This document shows positions 26,852-30,932 of a DNA stretch of 30,932 nucleotides, piece after piece. The stretch lies in assembly GCA_964494785.1 (NCBI GenBank), contig CAZBSA010000001.1:1-30932 (forward strand). Direction: 5' to 3'. The notes under the pieces were generated by a model. It searched no databases, was not told the origin of the DNA, and worked only from the letters and a program-made list of their open reading frames with translations. A program made the translations under genes and the position numbers. This stretch comes from an uncultured Gammaproteobacteria bacterium. GTDB taxonomy: Bacteria > Patescibacteriota > Patescibacteriia > UBA2591 > UBA6264. Every line of letters starts with the position of its first letter. The first letter of the stretch is position 1.

Positions 26852-28171
26852 TTAAAAACCTAAATTTTCCCTTAAATAAGATTCTAACTCATTGATTTTA
26901 ATCCTATCTTGTTCCATAGTATCTCTATCTCTTATGGTTACAGACTTATCATCCAAAGAATCAAAATCAACAGTAATACAATAAGGGGTGCCAACTTCAT
27001 CTTGCCTTCTATATCTTTTTCCTATTGACCCTGTTTCATCATATTGACACATCCAAATATTCTTTAAATCATTAAAAATTTCCCGGGCTAATTTTTGTAA
27101 TGGTTTTTTCTTAATTAAAGGAAAAATGGCTACCTTAATTGGTGATAAGCGCTTATCAAGCCTCAAAACTATTTCTTTTTTCTTATTAGAGCCCTTACCC
27201 CTTCCCCCACCAACCTCATGATAAGCATCCATTAAAAAAGCAAATAAAGGTCTTTCAACTCCGGCCGACGGTTCAATAATATAGGGGGTGAATTTTTCAT
27301 TTGTTTGAGGATCTTGATAAATTAAATCTTTTTGAGAATATTTAGAGTGTTGAACTAAATCAAAATCTTGCCTATTTGCAATCCCTTCAATTTCTGACCA
27401 GCCAAAAGGAAACTTGTATTCAACATCAGAGCAAGCTTTAGCATAATGGGCTAACTCGTCTTTGCTGTGTTTTTCTAACCTAATATTCTTCTTATTAATA
27501 CCTAAATCAATATACCAATCTAATCTCTTTTTTTGCCATTCTTTGTGAATTTTATCTGCATTTTTAGGATTGACAAAATACTCAAGCTCCATTTGCTCAA
27601 ACTCTTTAATTCTAAATATAAAATTACCAGAAGTAATTTCATTTCTAAATGCTTTACCAATTTGGGCAATACCAAAAGGTAAACTTAGCCTAGTAGATTG
27701 TAATATATTTTTAAAATTAACAAATATCCCCTGAGCAGTTTCTGGTCTTAAATAAACTTCAGAAGCAGTATCTTTAGTCGAGCCCATAAAAGTTTTAAAC
27801 ATTAAATTAAAATCTTTAGATTCAGTAAGTTCTCCTTGACAATCTGGGCATTTATCTGAATCAAGCTCATCTGCTTTAAATCTTTTGTGACACGCCCTAC
27901 ACTCTACTAATGGATCAGTAAAACTTTTTAAATGTCCTGAGGCTTGCCAGGTTTTAGGATGCATTAAAATAGAGGAATCAAGGCCAACTATTTCAGCATG
28001 CTTTTGAACCATTTCTTTCCACCAAAGTTTTTTAATATTTCGCTTTAAAGCCACTCCTAAAGGGCCATAATCATAAAAAGATTGCAGTCCACCATATATT
28101 TCTGAGGTTTGAAATATAAAACCCCTTCTTTTACAAAGTGATATTAAATTTTCTTGAATTTCTTTTGCCAT
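26852..28171 (-). CDS. glyQS: Glycyl-tRNA synthetase, alpha2 homodimeric type
   Basis: CKRRGFIF...EIYGG, YDYGPLG, FNLMFKT, YLRPETAQGIF, QIGKAFRNEI, FEQMELE, ELAHYA, EIEGIANR.DFDL, IEPSAGVER, IGKRYRRQDEVGTPYCITVD. Confidence 0.97.
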   Translation of the reverse strand: MAKEIQENLISLCKRRGFIFQTSEIYGGLQSFYDYGPLGVALKRNIKKLWWKEMVQKHAEIVGLDSSILMHPKTWQASGHLKSFTDPLVECRACHKRFKADELDSDKCPDCQGELTESKDFNLMFKTFMGSTKDTASEVYLRPETAQGIFVNFKNILQSTRLSLPFGIAQIGKAFRNEITSGNFIFRIKEFEQMELEYFVNPKNADKIHKEWQKKRLDWYIDLGINKKNIRLEKHSKDELAHYAKACSDVEYKFPFGWSEIEGIANRQDFDLVQHSKYSQKDLIYQDPQTNEKFTPYIIEPSAGVERPLFAFLMDAYHEVGGGRGKGSNKKKEIVLRLDKRLSPIKVAIFPLIKKKPLQKLAREIFNDLKNIWMCQYDETGSIGKRYRRQDEVGTPYCITVDFDSLDDKSVTIRDRDTMEQDRIKINELESYLRENLGF

Positions 28172-28237
28172 AAATAATATGTTTTTAGTTACTTTTTTAT
28201 TTTAGCAAAAATAAAGAAAAATAAAAGTGGATTTCAA

Positions 28238-29395
28238 CTATTCAACACTTAAAACTTTTTTAAAATCAAAATAATCATTTTTAGAACTCCACAACAAAAA
28301 GCCATAAGCATTGTTATCTAAAACCGCTTGTTTTTGTTTTTTTAAGAAATCTGGCGTAGCCTTATCTTCTTTTGTATCAAAAGCCTGAATCCAGGGCCTA
28401 ATAAAAGTATTTTGATTATTTTTATCTTTAATAAATAAAGAAGCATCTTGAAAACTCTTATTAATAATTTGATATGGTTTTTGAAAAGGATCTTTAATGT
28501 CTTTATATGCACCTTGAAAATACGAAGGATAAAGCATTGGGCAAATATAATCAAAAAATGGATATGCATCTTCCAATCTTTGACCGATATTCATATCAAA
28601 TCCGTCTAAAACATGACTCATAGTCATGCCAAAAAGATCAGCTGAAACTCTAAAATCTTTTAATTCTTTAAACTGATGTTCAAAAAATGATTTTATAATT
28701 TGCTGTTTTGATCTTTTACCTTGCCAAATTGGATACTTAATATCTTTGATATTCCCATCTGAAGGAAATCTAATATAATCAAAGTTAATTTCTTCAAACC
28801 CTAAACTTAATGCTTCTTTTGCTAAAGCAATATTATAATTCCAAACTTGCTTTGAACTTGGATCTACCCAAGAAAGACTGGATGAATCTTTCCATACCTT
28901 GTTAGTTTGTTTGTCTTTTAAAGCAAGCCGCATTTTCTTGCTTGCTAAGGCATTATCTTTAAAAACAGATATTCTTCCAATTACATAAATTCCTTTATCT
29001 TTTAAAAATTTAATAAGTTTTTTAATATTTTGAATTCTTAACTCATAAAGATGATTTTCTCTAGCTAACGGAACCTCGGTTATATAAGAAACCCTGCCAG
29101 TTACATCTTTAATATCAATAACTGCTGCATTCAACCTTGTATTTAAAATAAAGTCGGTTAATTTTTTAATTCTTGCTTTTTCCCCAGCAGTCCAAGAAGA
29201 TATATAAACCCCTTGCGCTTTTACGGGTCCTTGTCTTTTAACCTCGATTTTTTGCTGGAGCATTTTAATAATTTTTACTGTATTAGAAAATTTAAAAGCT
29301 GTGCCAAAGATTATAAATAATATTAAAATAAAGATGGGTAAATAATATACCCACTTTATTTGAGATAAATCTTTTTTAACAAAACTCCAATCCAT
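28238..29395 (-). CDS. Membrane-anchored putative glycoside hydrolase (DUF4015-like TIM barrel)
   Basis: N-terminal TM; GVYI, NAAVIDIKD..G, IGRISVFKD, WVDP, GFEEINFDYIRFP.DG, SADLFG, GQ, DYICPMLYPS, RPWIQAF, GFLLW. Confidence 0.8.
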   Translation of the reverse strand: MDWSFVKKDLSQIKWVYYLPIFILILFIIFGTAFKFSNTVKIIKMLQQKIEVKRQGPVKAQGVYISSWTAGEKARIKKLTDFILNTRLNAAVIDIKDVTGRVSYITEVPLARENHLYELRIQNIKKLIKFLKDKGIYVIGRISVFKDNALASKKMRLALKDKQTNKVWKDSSSLSWVDPSSKQVWNYNIALAKEALSLGFEEINFDYIRFPSDGNIKDIKYPIWQGKRSKQQIIKSFFEHQFKELKDFRVSADLFGMTMSHVLDGFDMNIGQRLEDAYPFFDYICPMLYPSYFQGAYKDIKDPFQKPYQIINKSFQDASLFIKDKNNQNTFIRPWIQAFDTKEDKATPDFLKKQKQAVLDNNAYGFLLWSSKNDYFDFKKVLSVE

Positions 29396-30096
29396 TAAAG
29401 CAATTTAAAGTCATTTATAAATAATCTGAAGTTATAACCTAAATATTCTGCTGCTTTTCTACAATACGCCATTCTGCCTGTAAATATCTCAAAATACTCC
29501 ATAATAGGAACATTACTAGTATCAATCTTTAATCTTAAATCAATATTTTTATTATTATCCACTTTTATATCAGATTGGGTTACAGCATAATTTACCCTAT
29601 CGTGAATGTCTTTAGCAATTTCCTGTTCGCTTTTTGTAGTTACTCTAGAGCGATGAACATCAGATTTATCAGCTATCACAACAATAGCTGAAACAGGGTT
29701 AGTTAATTTCATAGTATCTTTATCATGATTAGCCAAGCATTGTACTATAATAGAAATTTCCTCAGGGGTTAAAGCTAAATTATCTTTTTCCCATTTATCT
29801 TGATCATCCACAACATGAGAAGAAAATACTTGATGGAATAATAAAGCCCCCCAATAATGGTGTCTTGTTCGACCAATAAAATTCCCCATATCTTGACAAT
29901 AACCAGCTATAGCAGATAACTCTTGGGTTCTTTTATCTAAACCTATATCTTTTGCTAATTCTCGAGATCTTTTAGCCACTATATTTGCATGACGGGTACC
30001 ATGCTCTGTAAAATCCATAGCATCCATAGAAATTTGGCTTTGTTTAATAAACTCTGAGATTTGAGAATTTTTTTTAACTTGTTCTAAATTTAACAT
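29395..30096 (-). CDS. HD-superfamily phosphohydrolase-like protein with HD changed to QD
   Basis: TEH..RH, IAGYCQDMGN, NHD, IADKSDV.RSRV, DIHDRVNYAV, MEYFEIF..RM..CR.AA match a widespread short HD family. Stop overlaps the next ATG (TAATG). Confidence 0.8.
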   Translation of the reverse strand: MLNLEQVKKNSQISEFIKQSQISMDAMDFTEHGTRHANIVAKRSRELAKDIGLDKRTQELSAIAGYCQDMGNFIGRTRHHYWGALLFHQVFSSHVVDDQDKWEKDNLALTPEEISIIVQCLANHDKDTMKLTNPVSAIVVIADKSDVHRSRVTTKSEQEIAKDIHDRVNYAVTQSDIKVDNNKNIDLRLKIDTSNVPIMEYFEIFTGRMAYCRKAAEYLGYNFRLFINDFKLL

Positions 30097-30106
30097 ATAA
30101 TAAATT

Positions 30107-30337
30107 TTAAATACTTAACAATTCCTCCATCTTTTTTTTATTAAACCCCACAATAAATTTACCATTTATCTCTATTACTGGTACTCCCATTTGACCAGTG
30201 CCTTGAATCATGCGTTTGGCAGCTTCTTGGTCCTTGCTAACATCTATTTCTTCAAAATCAACTCCTTTTTCTTTTAAAAATTCTTTAGCATGATGACAAT
30301 AAGGACAGGTTGGTGTAGAATATACTTTTACATTCAT
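30107..30337 (-). CDS. Glutaredoxin-like protein (YruB/NrdH family)
   Basis: VYSTPTCPYC, GVDFEEIDVS, GQMGVPVI, IVGFN. Confidence 0.92.
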   Translation of the reverse strand: MNVKVYSTPTCPYCHHAKEFLKEKGVDFEEIDVSKDQEAAKRMIQGTGQMGVPVIEINGKFIVGFNKKKMEELLSI

Positions 30338-30371
30338 ATTATAATATAAATTAATTTAATTACTTTTATTT

Positions 30372-30400
30372 ATTATAAAAAAAACAAAAAAGAAAATCAA
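30372..30400 (-). promoter_or_regulatory. Promoter of the glutaredoxin-HD-DUF4015 unit (TTGATT-N17-TATAAT)
   Basis: Minus-strand TTGATT 30400-30395 and TATAAT 30377-30372, 17-nt spacer. Confidence 0.65.
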
Positions 30401-30405
30401 AATTT

Positions 30406-30930
30406 TTAATTTAAGTCCAGAGCTTTTTCAACCTGTTTTAAGGTTTCGTTAGCATTTTTCTGAGCAATTTTTTTGCCTTTTTTAAGTATTGAAGATATAA
30501 GGTCTGGTTTTTTTAAAAGCTGATTTCTTTTAGTCTGAAAATCAGATAAAAAACTCTCTACAATATCTGTTAAAACACTTTTAAATTCCCCCATTACTTG
30601 ATCGCCTTTTTTGTGTTTTTCAATGATATTATCAATGGTTTGAATTTCTTTTTCATTTCTTGCCAATTTTTTAGCCATTAAAATATGACTTTTTAATTTA
30701 TCAGACATCTCTCCTTTAAAAGCAGTTTCAGCTGATTTTATTTTTTTTACTATAGTTTTTTTATCATCTGTTAAAAATATAGCCCCCCCTGGTAAACTCT
30801 TGCTCATTTTACCGCTGCCTTTTAAAGAAAGAATACGAATAGATTCGGTTTGCAATGCTTTTGGCAAAGGAAAAACTTTGCCATATTTTTTATTAAATTT
30901 GTTTGCTAAATAACGAGTCACCTCCATATG
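30406..30930 (-). CDS. trpS: Tryptophanyl-tRNA synthetase, C-terminal part (gene starts beyond the window end)
   Basis: HMEVTR..A.KFN, FPLP, RILSL, GKMSKS, IFLTD, KIKSA.T, GEFK..L...V..FL. The frame is open to the window edge. Confidence 0.9.
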   Translation of the reverse strand, partial: HMEVTRYLANKFNKKYGKVFPLPKALQTESIRILSLKGSGKMSKSLPGGAIFLTDDKKTIVKKIKSAETAFKGEMSDKLKSHILMAKKLARNEKEIQTIDNIIEKHKKGDQVMGEFKSVLTDIVESFLSDFQTKRNQLLKKPDLISSILKKGKKIAQKNANETLKQVEKALDLN

Positions 30931-30932
30931 TG

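Overview
Very AT-rich (roughly 25-30% GC by eye), densely coding bacterial chromosome segment read with genetic code 11. Gene content and style point to a Patescibacteria/CPR, Parcubacteria-like genome (inference): archaeal/eukaryal-type ProRS, alpha2 GlyRS, PilB, two MreB paralogs, housekeeping operons lacking their usual lipid genes, and no Shine-Dalgarno sites on the core genes checked. Left to right: 5'-truncated valS (+); a minus-strand dnaA - ATP-cone/PD-(D/E)xK nuclease - pilB unit; a divergent rpmF-nusB-rnc-smc operon; a long minus-strand block (holB, BNR lipoprotein, frr, rseP, proS, divergent mreB; mreB plus a GT4 glycosyltransferase; rfbCDBA); an accessory stretch at about 21.5-25.7 kb (PH-domain membrane protein, two plus-strand stand-alone cassettes, GGDEF, HExxH protein, DUF72); then an AI-2E transporter, glyQS, a glutaredoxin-HD-DUF4015 unit and the 3' part of trpS. 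I saw no tRNA, rRNA, CRISPR array, integrase or transposase. The most notable observations are: (1) two tandem promoter-SD-ORF-terminator cassettes with the same TTGACA-N17-TATTAT promoter, one encoding a 59-aa Zn-ribbon protein missed by the ORF track; (2) a 737-aa SMC with no hinge; (3) an MreB paralog lacking its catalytic Glu; (4) a dnaA without dnaN, followed by an ATP-cone nuclease and pilB. All family calls come from motif recognition by eye, not database searches.
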